This document shows positions 9,401 through 17,289 of a stretch of DNA of 32,649 bases, piece after piece (position 1 is the stretch's first letter; each line of letters begins with the position of its first letter). The DNA comes from Muribaculaceae bacterium. GTDB taxonomy: Bacteria; Bacteroidota; Bacteroidia; Bacteroidales; Muribaculaceae. Location: positions 1 to 32,649 of the forward strand of contig JBJEKE010000334.1 of the NCBI GenBank assembly GCA_051878475.1, in the 5' to 3' direction. A program made the position numbers and the translations under genes. The notes under the pieces are model-generated. The model searched no databases. It saw only the letters and a program-made list of their open reading frames with translations, and was not told where the DNA came from.

Positions 9401-9909
9401 GGCTGATATCCGATGTATGAAATTTCGATGGTGGCATCGTCGGCCACGTTGAGCGAGAAATTGCCATCGAAATCGGTGGATATACCGTTGTTGGTGTTCT
9501 GTTCCATTACAGTGGCACCGATGATAGGATCGCCGGTGGCGTCGACAACCTTACCTTTGATTGCTTTCTTTTGTGAAGAACGCTTTTCCACATCTTTTTT
9601 CCCGGTAAGGATTATGTTGTTGCCGGAAATTGTGAAAGAGATGCTGCTACCAGCGAAGATTTTGTTGAGAACTTCGGTTATTTGAGCGTCAGAGGCATTG
9701 ACAGATACTTTCTGCTTGACGTCGATTTGAGATTTGTCGTAAACGAAGAGATAATTGGTCTGTTGTTCGATTTTCGACAAGATTGTTTGAATGGAAGTTT
9801 GTTTTTCGTTTAATGACACAGTCTTGTTTGCTGCAAAAGCAGTGATATTAAACAATAATAACATCAAACAACACAAGATAGTTACTTTTTTTGTCATAAC
9901 TTTGTGCAT
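6409..9909 (-). CDS. SusC/RagA family TonB-dependent receptor with N-terminal STN (anti-sigma signalling) extension
   Basis: ORF track, 1166 aa. It has a signal peptide and an STN-like domain (QTSIQTILSKIEQQTNYLFVYD...ITEVLNKIFAGSSISFTISGNNIILT). It also has a carboxypeptidase-regulatory-like domain (IKGKVVDATGDPIIGATVME), a plug (VVVIGYGTMRKKDITGSV) and a long beta-barrel. An alternative ATG at 9897 (MTKKV) is possible. Confidence 0.95.
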   Translation of the reverse strand: MHKVMTKKVTILCCLMLLLFNITAFAANKTVSLNEKQTSIQTILSKIEQQTNYLFVYDKSQIDVKQKVSVNASDAQITEVLNKIFAGSSISFTISGNNIILTGKKDVEKRSSQKKAIKGKVVDATGDPIIGATVMEQNTNNGISTDFDGNFSLNVADDATIEISYIGYQPTKMKVNGRNSFNVTLKESAESLDEVVVIGYGTMRKKDITGSVIQVRPDKLANENPKTVQDILRGTPGLNVGYNADAKGGGSLSIRGQRSLYTDGGHNDPLIILDGMMFYGELSEINPDDIGQIDVLKDASAAAIYGAKAANGVIIITTKKGHQGKPIINFSANIGATTRSAYRERFSPDDYLQHYSDWREKNTYGADDNGNWAAYQSGVYKGMTNYFTNPANLSGADLDTWRSYTSNEAGESDLSIWAKRLGFTGNVLDNILNGRTTDWEDLAFRTGFNQDYNASISGASDRFDYYFSLGYLRNEGALIDDEYHAIRSNLKLNAKVTNWLEVGTNVNFQDRSDGSIDLDEDYFLRNSPYADFLDENGDYIQYPQDETYSQRGYNYYFQKKYLELEKGYTVLNSIINAKVTLPLGITYQFNIAPRYQFFYDRYFMSADLPGSNPNDRGANREQAKRFDWSLNNTITWDYTFNRKHHFILTLAQEAEERRYWSDRIEARNILPSDALGFHNTQNGSKENSSYESSDSHETANALLARLFYSFNDLYMITTSIRRDGYSAFGNNNPYAWFPSVAVAWSFGNEPFFEGIKNTIGMSSGKLRISYGSNGNRSLSNPYLALANLYEGGGKYMGYVNSSGQLELMRYLMCDRMANNMLQWEKTKSWNFALDFGFLNDRLTGSIDFYNMHTTDMIMSQPLPTFTGFANITTNLGQVNNTGVEITINSTNIRTKNFEWNTSLSFAYNKNRIKHLFYEYEDVVDGNGNVVGQKEMDYTANNWFIDKPINEIWNYKVTGIWQKDEWEEAAKYGQQPGDPKVWNNPENDVYNADGSVKTYVYNNDDKVFLGTTTPPINWSLRNDFTFWKDLTISVNMYSKMGHKSLSTNYLNNDDDGGRMTYAAACKEAKEYWTIDNPTNDYGRIEAQGPNGAKTPGKLYNRSFVRLENISVGYTLPRQWTKQWGIDRVKVSGAIRNVCTFGGDWEYGDPETGGLGTRLYTFGVNLTL
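9897..9904 (+). promoter_or_regulatory. candidate -7 box (TAACTTTG) on the strand antisense to susC
   Basis: The plus strand reads TAACTTTG, matching TAnnTTTG, and overlaps the two possible susC start codons (9897, 9909). I found no well-spaced -33 TTTG. Confidence 0.3.
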
Positions 9910-10036
9910 TTAGAATTTAAGTTTTAATTAAGTTGTGAATAAGTGCTTTCAGTGAATGTTTCGGATGGAACGAAAAACAGTTCACGACTTTTTTACGGCG
10001 GCCGGGGAGTGTTGGCGCACAATCCGGTCGCTTTTT
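9910..10036 (+). ncRNA. candidate cis-antisense sRNA (approx. 125 nt) in the anti-sigma/susC spacer
   Basis: It is bounded by the plus-strand -7 box at 9897-9904 and a plus-strand intrinsic terminator at 9998-10036. The transcript would be complementary to the susC 5' UTR and start region. This is a prediction from sequence only. Confidence 0.35.
9998..10036 (+). terminator. intrinsic terminator-like stem-loop, functional orientation plus
   Basis: GCGGCCGG (9998-10005) pairs with CCGGTCGC (10024-10031), giving 8 bp including one G-U wobble, and is followed by TTTTT (10032-10036). On the minus-strand RNA the same position is an A-C mismatch and no U-tract follows. Confidence 0.5.
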
Positions 10037-10075
10037 CAATGAATAGGATCTTTGTTGTACATAATTACTTGAGTT

Positions 10076-11017
10076 TTAGTTGTTTGAAATAATTACAGAT
10101 TCATTGTTTGTGGTCCATTTGTAGTTGAAATGATGTATTTGTTGTAGAGCTTCAATGACGTGACGCAATCCGTCTTCCTGACGGAATTTGCACGTGCATC
10201 GATAATCGAGGATTTCAGGATTGCGGACATCGATGCGAACTTTGTAGTATTCTTCCATTTTCCTGAAAATAGTGGCATAATCTTCGTTTTCGAAATAGTA
10301 AATGCCCTTAATCCAGAGCGGTGATTCGCCATCGCTGAACGATTCTTTGATTAGTTTGCCGTTTTCGGCAATGATGGCTTCTTCGTTAGGTTTGAGTGTG
10401 ATGCGAGCTGAGTCGGCAAGCGCCAGCACCTCGACGGCGCCTTCGAACAGTCGGGTTGAGAATTTGTTGGAAGAGCTATATGCGGATACGTTGAATTTTG
10501 TTCCCAGCACTGTTACTTGGTATTTTCCGGTGCTGACTATGAAGGGGTGTTTAGGATCGTGGCTCACTTCGAAGTAGGCTTCTCCATCGATAACTACGTG
10601 CCGCGAAGAGCCGTCATTGCTGGAGGGGACGTGTAACGAAGTGTTTGAGTTAAGCCAAACGGTGGTTCCGTCGGAAAGGGTGATTTCGGTGCGTTGTCCC
10701 ACGGGTACGGATATATTTGTTGCGAGCAAGGCAGAAGAGTTGCGCGAGGAGTAGTATCCGGAGAAGAAGAGTGCGGCTGCCAGCACGCACAGCAAGGCAA
10801 ATGTAGCGGCGATGCGAATGTATTGGCCATAAGAGCGACGTGCTGGATTTACGATGCTGAACTCATCGCCGTTGCAGAGCGAGGCATCGAAAATCTGGCG
10901 CAGATGACGGAACTCCTCCATATTGGCAGGGTCGTCGTCGAGCCAATGGAGCACTTCGATGCGTTCGGGGGCAGAAGTTTCGCCGCGCAGGTATTTGAGT
11001 AGTAAGCTACGTTTCAT
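10076..11017 (-). CDS. FecR family anti-sigma factor (transmembrane sensor)
   Basis: ORF track, 313 aa. N-terminal anti-sigma segment (LLKYLRGETSAPERIEVLHWLDDDPANMEEF), a single TM helix (IAATFALLCVLAAALFF), a FecR domain (ITLSDGTTVWLNSNTSLHV) and a C-terminal DUF4974-like region. Confidence 0.9.
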   Translation of the reverse strand: MKRSLLLKYLRGETSAPERIEVLHWLDDDPANMEEFRHLRQIFDASLCNGDEFSIVNPARRSYGQYIRIAATFALLCVLAAALFFSGYYSSRNSSALLATNISVPVGQRTEITLSDGTTVWLNSNTSLHVPSSNDGSSRHVVIDGEAYFEVSHDPKHPFIVSTGKYQVTVLGTKFNVSAYSSSNKFSTRLFEGAVEVLALADSARITLKPNEEAIIAENGKLIKESFSDGESPLWIKGIYYFENEDYATIFRKMEEYYKVRIDVRNPEILDYRCTCKFRQEDGLRHVIEALQQIHHFNYKWTTNNESVIISNN

Positions 11018-11099
11018 GGTTTGTAGTTATGTGCTGTTATAATAAAGTCGCACGGCGGAGCCAAAACCCTAAACATAAAATGCAATTTTTTTTGAAATA

Positions 11100-11651
11100 T
11101 TAGGCAACGATGAGCTGGAACAGCGGATAGAAGTCTTTGAGGTCGGAGCGGAGTGTTTTCAGAGCCTTGGTGATGTGGTATTCCACGCCTTTCACTCCAA
11201 TGCCAAGGTGCTGGGCGATTTCTTTATTTGATTTGTTGGCAAAACGGCTGAGGATGAAAGTGGTGCGTGTGGTTTCCGACATCGAGGCAAGCGATTGACG
11301 GACGATGGTTTTCACGTCGGTGTGGTAAAGGCGTTTAGGGTCGCATTCTTCGAGCAGCGAAATTCTCAGCTGAAGTTCTCGCATGGTTTCGGAGCTGATG
11401 TGCTCGAGCATTCTCATCTTGAATTCTTCGCGTCGGAAGTGTTGCAGAATCTTGTTGCGTATGATTCCGAACAGGAATGGGAGGATATTGTCGATGTCCT
11501 GGTCTTGGCGCAACTTTTCGAGCATCACAATCATAGCGTCGGCCACAATGTCTTCGGCCTGTGAAATGTCGTGAGTGTATGATTTGGCAAACAGGACGCA
11601 CTTTCGATAGTAGCGTTTGTAAACCTTGTCGAAAATCTGCTCTACAGTCAT
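11100..11651 (-). CDS. ECF-type RNA polymerase sigma-70 family factor
   Basis: ORF track, 183 aa. Region 2 (AEDIVADAMIVMLEKL...FLFGIIRNKILQHFRR) and region 4 HTH (NKEIAQHLGIGVKGVEYHITKALKTLR). It sits directly upstream of the FecR gene. Confidence 0.9.
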   Translation of the reverse strand: MTVEQIFDKVYKRYYRKCVLFAKSYTHDISQAEDIVADAMIVMLEKLRQDQDIDNILPFLFGIIRNKILQHFRREEFKMRMLEHISSETMRELQLRISLLEECDPKRLYHTDVKTIVRQSLASMSETTRTTFILSRFANKSNKEIAQHLGIGVKGVEYHITKALKTLRSDLKDFYPLFQLIVA

Positions 11652-11703
11652 TATCGATTTTAAGATTCTATAGCCTTGCTTGATTGAAAGCTGGAGGTGC
11701 TGA

Positions 11704-11711
11704 CAAAATTA
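11704..11711 (-). promoter_or_regulatory. candidate -7 box (TAATTTTG) for the sigma/anti-sigma operon
   Basis: The minus strand reads TAATTTTG, 53 nt upstream of ATG 11651. Confidence 0.35.
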
Positions 11712-11778
11712 AACTAAATATTGGAATTATGTTACAACTTTGATAAAAAAGTGGATTATGCTGGTGCTTGGCGGAGAT

Positions 11779-11810
11779 AAAAAAAGTGCATCGCAGAGAG
11801 GCGATGCACT
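11779..11810 (-). terminator. rho-independent terminator after the FKBP genes
   Basis: The minus strand reads AGTGCATCGC-CTCTCT-GCGATGCACT followed by TTTTTTT. This is a perfect 10-bp stem, 30 nt after the stop at 11841. Confidence 0.85.
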
Positions 11811-11840
11811 TAGGCTGTTGAGACACTTCAACAAATGGTA

Positions 11841-12710
11841 TTATTTCTTTTCTTCTTCCGGTTTGTAGAGGTCGGGAGTAGAGATTTCGAACACGAGAGT
11901 TTCGTTAGGCTTGATGCTGCCGTTAGGAGTACCGCTAACGCCGTATCCGAGCTTGCCGGGGATGTAAACAACGAATTCGGCACCTGGGCTCATAAGGAGG
12001 AGAGCTTCCTTGAAGCCTGGAACGACGTGGTCGGGCGACATCGGAATAGGCTCACCCTTCGACGAATCGAAGATAGAGTCGTTGATGTGCTTGCCGGTGT
12101 AGATAACGTTGATGCGGTCGCCGAGGACGAAGCGTGTGCCGTTACCTTCCTTAACCACCTTGTAAGCGAGGCCGCTGGCTGTAGTCTTTACAGCGGGATC
12201 CTTTGTGATGTTGGCCATGAATTCTTCGCCTTTCTTGGCATTTTCGATAGCCTCAGGTGATTTTGCGAGGTTTTCTTCTTTCTGCTTCTGGATGAGTTGC
12301 TGAATCATCATCTGTGCAGTGCCAGGGTCAACTACAGTGGTGTCGCTTTTAAGGGCTTTTTCGAGATAAGCGAAGATTGCCTTTGTGTTGAGTTCAACGC
12401 CTTCGTTCTGCTTCATCTGGCGAGCAGTCATGTAAAGGTTCAGACCTACGCCCATACCGTCGGCTATCGACGATTTGGCAGTGTCGACAGAGAGAACTGC
12501 CTTAACGCCTTTAAGGAATTCTGCTTCGTTGAATTTGGCAGAATCGGGGCCTTGTTTCATCTGTTGCTTAATCATAGTGCCGAAAAAAGCACCGATGTAG
12601 TAGTTCAAAGAGTCGCTTGTGCCTTTAGGCTCTACTTTGCAACCACCATTGTTGCAGCTCATTGCGCAGAGCATAACAGCTACGAGCGCAAGGATAGAGA
12701 ATTTTTTCAT
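11841..12710 (-). CDS. FKBP-type peptidyl-prolyl cis-trans isomerase, lipoprotein (Mip/FkpA-like)
   Basis: The ORF track entry 11841-12767 is trimmed to ATG 12710, which gives a lipoprotein signal (MKKFSILALVAVMLCAMSC). C-terminal FKBP domain: GLAYKVVKEGNG...VIYTGKHINDSIFDSS...VVPGFKEALLLMSPGAEFVVYIPGKLGYG. Confidence 0.9.
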   Translation of the reverse strand: MKKFSILALVAVMLCAMSCNNGGCKVEPKGTSDSLNYYIGAFFGTMIKQQMKQGPDSAKFNEAEFLKGVKAVLSVDTAKSSIADGMGVGLNLYMTARQMKQNEGVELNTKAIFAYLEKALKSDTTVVDPGTAQMMIQQLIQKQKEENLAKSPEAIENAKKGEEFMANITKDPAVKTTASGLAYKVVKEGNGTRFVLGDRINVIYTGKHINDSIFDSSKGEPIPMSPDHVVPGFKEALLLMSPGAEFVVYIPGKLGYGVSGTPNGSIKPNETLVFEISTPDLYKPEEEKK

Positions 12711-12738
12711 GATTATAATATGATTTTTTAAATGAATA

Positions 12739-13377
12739 TTATATGATAATGCCGCTTTCGCGTTCAATCTTTATGAGTTTTACATCGAAGATGAGTGTGC
12801 TGTGCGGGCCGATAACCGGGCCGGCGCCTTGGCTGCCGTAAGCGAGCTCCGATGGGATGTATAGCTGCCATTCGGCGCCTTCGCTCATAAGCTGGAGCGC
12901 TTCAACCCAACCGGGGATAACCTGGTTCACGCCGAAAGTGGCAGGTGCACCGCGTTCAACCGAACTGTCGAACACTGTACCGTCGATAAGGCGGCCGGTA
13001 TAGTGTACGGTAACCTTGTCGTTGGCCGAAGGATGGATTCCGTTTCCCTCCTTGACGATTTTATATTGCAGGCCTGAAGCGGTGACCTTCACTCCCTCTT
13101 TCTTGGCGTTTTCCTCGAGGAAACGCTTTCCTACTTCGCGGTTCATTTCCACTTGTCGCTTTTCGAGTTCGGTGAAGAATTCGGTAACCACTTGTTTGGC
13201 TTCGTCGATAGTCATTTCGGGCTTTGAGCCGTCGTACACTGAGCGAACAGCAGCGGCGAAATCGTCGACGTTGAGTTCTTGGATGCCCGAGCCTTTGAAG
13301 TTGTTGCCCATGCTCAAGCCTAATGCATAGCTTAATTTGTCCATGTCAAAATAATCAGATATTTGTTTGTCTTGCAT
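12739..13377 (-). CDS. FKBP-type peptidyl-prolyl cis-trans isomerase (FklB-like)
   Basis: The ORF track entry begins at a TTG (13389); I prefer ATG 13377 (MQDKQ...). FKBP domain: GLQYKIVKEGNG...VHYTGRLIDGTVFDSS...VIPGWVEALQLMSEGAEWQLYIPSELAYG. Confidence 0.88.
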   Translation of the reverse strand: MQDKQISDYFDMDKLSYALGLSMGNNFKGSGIQELNVDDFAAAVRSVYDGSKPEMTIDEAKQVVTEFFTELEKRQVEMNREVGKRFLEENAKKEGVKVTASGLQYKIVKEGNGIHPSANDKVTVHYTGRLIDGTVFDSSVERGAPATFGVNQVIPGWVEALQLMSEGAEWQLYIPSELAYGSQGAGPVIGPHSTLIFDVKLIKIERESGIII

Positions 13378-13462
13378 TTTGTGGTGCAAAGATACTGCAA
13401 GAGATGATAAGAATAAACAATAACTAAAAGATTTATTGTTTTTTAAATTAGTGATTAGCCTA

Positions 13463-13490
13463 ACGGCGGCATCATTGAGAGAGCCGCCGT
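13463..13490 (-). terminator. stem-loop downstream of leuS (weak terminator, no clean U-tract)
   Basis: ACGGCGGC (13463-13470) pairs with GCCGCCGT (13483-13490), an 8-bp GC-rich stem with a 12-nt loop, 23 nt after the leuS stop. No T-run follows on the minus strand. Confidence 0.3.
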
Positions 13491-13513
13491 CGGGGAATAT
13501 TTGTAGAAAGCTG

Positions 13514-16285
13514 TTATACCACTACGTTCACAATCTTGTTAGGCACCACGATAACTTTCTTCGGGGTCTTTCCGTCGAGCCAACGCTGAGCGCCGGCGTC
13601 GGAGAGAGCGATGCGTTCAACTTCGTCGCGAGGGGTGTCGATGGGGACGCTGATGTTGTATCGGGGTTTTCCGTTGAACGAGACGGTGTAGTTAACGTTG
13701 GCTTCCTTGAGGTATTCCTCGTTGCAAATGGGCCACTTGGCGTCGCACACGGTTGAGTCGGCGCCGAGGGTGTGCCAGAGCTCTTCGGCTATATGAGGAG
13801 CGAACGGAGCGAGGAGCACGATAACTTCGCGGAGTATTTCGCGCGAGTGGCACTTCTGGGCGGCGAGTTCGTTGACGCAAATCATGAATGCGCTGATAGA
13901 AGTGTTGTAGTTGAAGTGCTCGATGTCCCAAGTAACCTTCTTGATGAGCTTGTGGAGCGACTTGAGGTTGTCGGCTGAAGGCTTGGCATCGTCGATAATG
14001 AGATTGTCGGCGTTGTAGAAGAGGTTCCAGAGTTTCTTGAGGAAACGGTGCACTCCGTCGATACCTTTAGTATCCCAAGGCTTACTTTGCTCGATAGGAC
14101 CGAGGAACATTTCGTATAGGCGAAGAGTGTCGGCGCCGTAACGGTCGACGATGTCGTCGGGATTAACTACGTTGAACATCGATTTCGACATTTTCTCGAC
14201 GGCGTTGCCGCAACGGTACTTTCCGTCTTCGAGAATAAACTCGGCGGTTGCGAATTCCGGGCGCCAAGCCTTGAATCGTTCTGTGTCGAGGATGTCGTTG
14301 TCCACGAGGTTTATGTCGACGTGTATTTCGGTGGTGTCGTACTGGTCCTTCAGGCCGAGCGACACGAATGTGTTGGTGTCCTTTATTCGGTAAACGAAGT
14401 TGCTGCGGCCCTGTATCATGCCCTGGTTGATGAGTTTCTTGAACGGCTCGTCTTCGCATACATAACCGAGGTCGAAGAGGAATTTGTTCCAGAAACGGGA
14501 GTAGATGAGGTGTCCGGTAGCATGTTCAGTGCCTCCGACGTAAAGGTCGACATTTCGCCAGTATTCATCGGCTTCCTTCGATACGAGCGCGTTGCTGTTG
14601 TGCGGGTCCATGTAACGGAGGTAGTATGCCGATGAGCCAGCGAATCCCGGCATGGTGCAGAGCTCGAGGGGACGACCGTTGGGGGCAGTCCAGTTTTTGG
14701 CACGGCCGAGTGGAGGCTCGCCGCTTTCGGTAGGGAGGAACTTGTCGACTTCAGGGAGTTGGAGCGGCAGGAGTTCTTCCGAAAGAGGCTGCGGCTGGTT
14801 GTTCTCGTCGTAATAGATAGGGAACGGCTCACCCCAGTAGCGCTGACGGCTGAAGATGGCGTCGCGGAGGCGGTAGTTAACCTTTACCTTTCCGATTCCG
14901 GTCTGGGTGATGAATTCCTTGGTCTTTGCGATTGCTTCCTTCACCTGGAGCCCGTCGAGGCTGAGGCGTTCGTTGCTGGAGTTGGTCATGATGCCTTCTT
15001 TTGCATCGAAACTTTCCTGGCTGACGTCGCACCCTTCGATAAGCGGGATAATGGGGAGGTTGAAGTGGCGAGCGAAAGCATAGTCGCGGCTGTCGTGGGC
15101 AGGCACAGCCATAATTGCGCCTGTGCCGTATCCGGCGAGAACGTAGTCGCTAATGTAGATGGGAATCTGCTTTCCGGTAACGGGATTTACAGCGTATGAG
15201 CCGCTGAACACTCCCGACACTTTCTTGTCGATCATGCGTTCGCGTTCGGTTTTGCGCTTGGTTTCGGCGATGTATTCGTCGACAGCGGTGCGACATTCAG
15301 GAGTGGTAACCTTGTCGACATACTGGCTTTCGGGCGCGAGGACCATGAAAGTGACGCCGAAAATAGTGTCGGCACGAGTGGTGAAAATCAGCAGGTGTTC
15401 GTCGGAGCCCACGAGTGGGAACTTCATTTCGGCACCTTCGCTGTAACCAATCCAGTTTCGCTGAGTTTCCTTGAGCGAGTCGGTCCAGTCGATTGTTTCG
15501 AGGCCACGGAGTAGGCGTCCGGCGTATGCGCTGACGCGCAGGCACCATTGGTACATGAGTTTCTGCTCAACGGGATAACCGCCGCGGATGGAGAGGCCTT
15601 CGCTCACCTCGTCGTTGGCGAGCACTGTTCCGAGTTTGGGGCACCAGTTCACCATTGTGTTGCCGAGGTATGCAATACGGAAGTTCATAAGGATGTCGTT
15701 TTTCTCTTTTTGGGAGAAGGCGTTCCATTGCTCGGCGGAGAATTCCACTTCGGCGTTAGTGGCAGCAGATAGGTTGGCTGTACCGAATTCCTCGAAGTGC
15801 TTTACGAGGATGTCGATGCTCTGGGCACGGTCGGCAGCAGTGTCGTAGTACGATTTGTACATCTGCAGGAAAGCCCACTGGGTCCATTTGTAGTAAGCCG
15901 GGTCGCAGGTGCGGATTTCGCGGTCCCAGTCGTAGCAGAACCCGATTTTGTCGAGCTGCTGACGGTAACGGTTTATGTTGTTGACGGTAGTCACCTCGGG
16001 GTGCTGACCGGTTTGTATTGCATATTGTTCGGCGGGCAGACCGTAAGAGTCGTAACCCATAGGATGCAGGACGTTGAATCCTTGCAGGCGTTTGTATCGG
16101 CTGTAGATGTCAGAGGCAATGTAACCGAGCGGATGCCCCACATGGAGACCGGCACCGGAGGGATAAGGGAACATGTCGAGGACATAGAACTTAGGCTTGG
16201 ACGAGTCGATAACGGTTTTATACGTTTTGTGCTCTTTCCAATATTGTTGCCATCGAGTCTCTATTTCTTTAAAATTGTATTCCAT
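13514..16285 (-). CDS. leuS: leucine--tRNA ligase
   Basis: ORF track, 923 aa. Class I HIGH-type motif ([10 protein letters not shown]), KMSKS motif (EKMSKSMFN), and a LeuRS-type N-terminus and editing domain. Confidence 0.97.
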   Translation of the reverse strand: MEYNFKEIETRWQQYWKEHKTYKTVIDSSKPKFYVLDMFPYPSGAGLHVGHPLGYIASDIYSRYKRLQGFNVLHPMGYDSYGLPAEQYAIQTGQHPEVTTVNNINRYRQQLDKIGFCYDWDREIRTCDPAYYKWTQWAFLQMYKSYYDTAADRAQSIDILVKHFEEFGTANLSAATNAEVEFSAEQWNAFSQKEKNDILMNFRIAYLGNTMVNWCPKLGTVLANDEVSEGLSIRGGYPVEQKLMYQWCLRVSAYAGRLLRGLETIDWTDSLKETQRNWIGYSEGAEMKFPLVGSDEHLLIFTTRADTIFGVTFMVLAPESQYVDKVTTPECRTAVDEYIAETKRKTERERMIDKKVSGVFSGSYAVNPVTGKQIPIYISDYVLAGYGTGAIMAVPAHDSRDYAFARHFNLPIIPLIEGCDVSQESFDAKEGIMTNSSNERLSLDGLQVKEAIAKTKEFITQTGIGKVKVNYRLRDAIFSRQRYWGEPFPIYYDENNQPQPLSEELLPLQLPEVDKFLPTESGEPPLGRAKNWTAPNGRPLELCTMPGFAGSSAYYLRYMDPHNSNALVSKEADEYWRNVDLYVGGTEHATGHLIYSRFWNKFLFDLGYVCEDEPFKKLINQGMIQGRSNFVYRIKDTNTFVSLGLKDQYDTTEIHVDINLVDNDILDTERFKAWRPEFATAEFILEDGKYRCGNAVEKMSKSMFNVVNPDDIVDRYGADTLRLYEMFLGPIEQSKPWDTKGIDGVHRFLKKLWNLFYNADNLIIDDAKPSADNLKSLHKLIKKVTWDIEHFNYNTSISAFMICVNELAAQKCHSREILREVIVLLAPFAPHIAEELWHTLGADSTVCDAKWPICNEEYLKEANVNYTVSFNGKPRYNISVPIDTPRDEVERIALSDAGAQRWLDGKTPKKVIVVPNKIVNVVV

Positions 16286-16362
16286 AGAGGTTTATGATAA
16301 TTATTTTAATAAAAACGTAGGTAAAAAACGGGGTGTTCCGACCAGCGGGCCGGAAAGCATCG

Positions 16363-16370
16363 CAAAGGTA
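16363..16370 (-). promoter_or_regulatory. candidate -7 box (TACCTTTG) for leuS
   Basis: The minus strand reads TACCTTTG, about 78 nt upstream of ATG 16285 and downstream of the preceding terminator. Confidence 0.4.
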
Positions 16371-16435
16371 GCATAAAATTTCGTAAGTTGAAGCAGATGA
16401 GGTGTTCAATCGAATAAAAAGGACGAATGAAGGGG

Positions 16436-16485
16436 CAAAAATGAGAAGAAGGATAGCGCCGTGCTTATCGGGGCCATCCTTCTTC
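16436..16485 (-). terminator. rho-independent terminator after the HemD-like gene
   Basis: On the minus strand, GAAGAAGGAT pairs with ATCCTTCTTC (10-bp stem, 21-nt loop), followed by TCATTTTTG. It lies 36 nt after the stop at 16522. Confidence 0.7.
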
Positions 16486-16521
16486 GGGAAATATAAAGTA
16501 TCTATCTATTGAGCGGAGAAG

Positions 16522-17277
16522 TTATTTCTTTTTGTTCGACGATTTCAGGTATGTGTCGATGGCAGCTGTAATTGAAGGCATCTGAGGTGTTGGCGCCTGG
16601 ATGTCGAGACGCAGTCCGGCATCTTTTACCGCCTGAGCTGTTGCTGAGCCGAGGCACCCGATAGCGATGTCACCTTGGTTGAAGTCGGGGAAGTTCTTTT
16701 TCAAGGAGTTCACTCCGGCAGGGCTGAAGAATATGAGCATGTCGTAGTCGAACGGTTCATCGGGAGTGAAGTCGTTGCTGACGGTACGGTACATAATTGC
16801 CTTTGTGCATTCGATTCCATATTGCTCGAACACTTCGATGTCGTCCTTGTGCACGTCGGAAACGGGGAAAAGGAATTTCTCTTTGGCGTGCTTGGTAAGG
16901 GCTGCAATAAGCTGCTTGTCGTCGAGCTTGCCTGAAGCGCCGAAGAAAATCTTGCGTTTACGATATTGGATGTATTTCTGCAGGTAAAGCGAGATCTGTT
17001 CGGTGGTGCAGAAATATTTCATTGTATCGGGTACGGCGAAGCGAGTTTCTTCGCAAATACGGAAGAAGTGGTCGATACTTGTTCGAGAAGTGAAGATGAT
17101 GGCCGTGAAATCGGGGATTGAAACTCTTTGCTGGCGAAAATCTTTGGCCGAAATACCTTCAACTTTAATAAAGGGTCGGAAAACGATATCTACACCGTAT
17201 TTTTTGGCAATGTCGAAATATGGCGATTTGTCGGAAGCCGGCTGCGGCTGAGATATCAAAATTTTCTTTACTTCCAC
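16522..17277 (-). CDS. uroporphyrinogen-III synthase (HemD) family protein
   Basis: ORF track, 251 aa. The start is GTG (plus-strand CAC at 17275-17277) and there is no nearby in-frame ATG. The N-terminus ILISQPQPASDKSPYFDIAKKYGVDIVFRPFIKVE and IIFTSRTSIDHFF resemble Bacteroidetes HemD-like proteins. Confidence 0.8.
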   Translation of the reverse strand: MEVKKILISQPQPASDKSPYFDIAKKYGVDIVFRPFIKVEGISAKDFRQQRVSIPDFTAIIFTSRTSIDHFFRICEETRFAVPDTMKYFCTTEQISLYLQKYIQYRKRKIFFGASGKLDDKQLIAALTKHAKEKFLFPVSDVHKDDIEVFEQYGIECTKAIMYRTVSNDFTPDEPFDYDMLIFFSPAGVNSLKKNFPDFNQGDIAIGCLGSATAQAVKDAGLRLDIQAPTPQMPSITAAIDTYLKSSNKKK

Positions 17278-17289
17278 GTAGTCAATTAG

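Noticed and set aside
13415-13444. An AT-rich hairpin (AAACAATAA/TTATTGTTT) followed by TTT, in plus-strand orientation, between the second FKBP gene and leuS.
   Set aside because: There is no plus-strand gene or promoter box upstream for it to terminate. The stem is purely A/T and weak, so it is likely incidental structure in promoter DNA.
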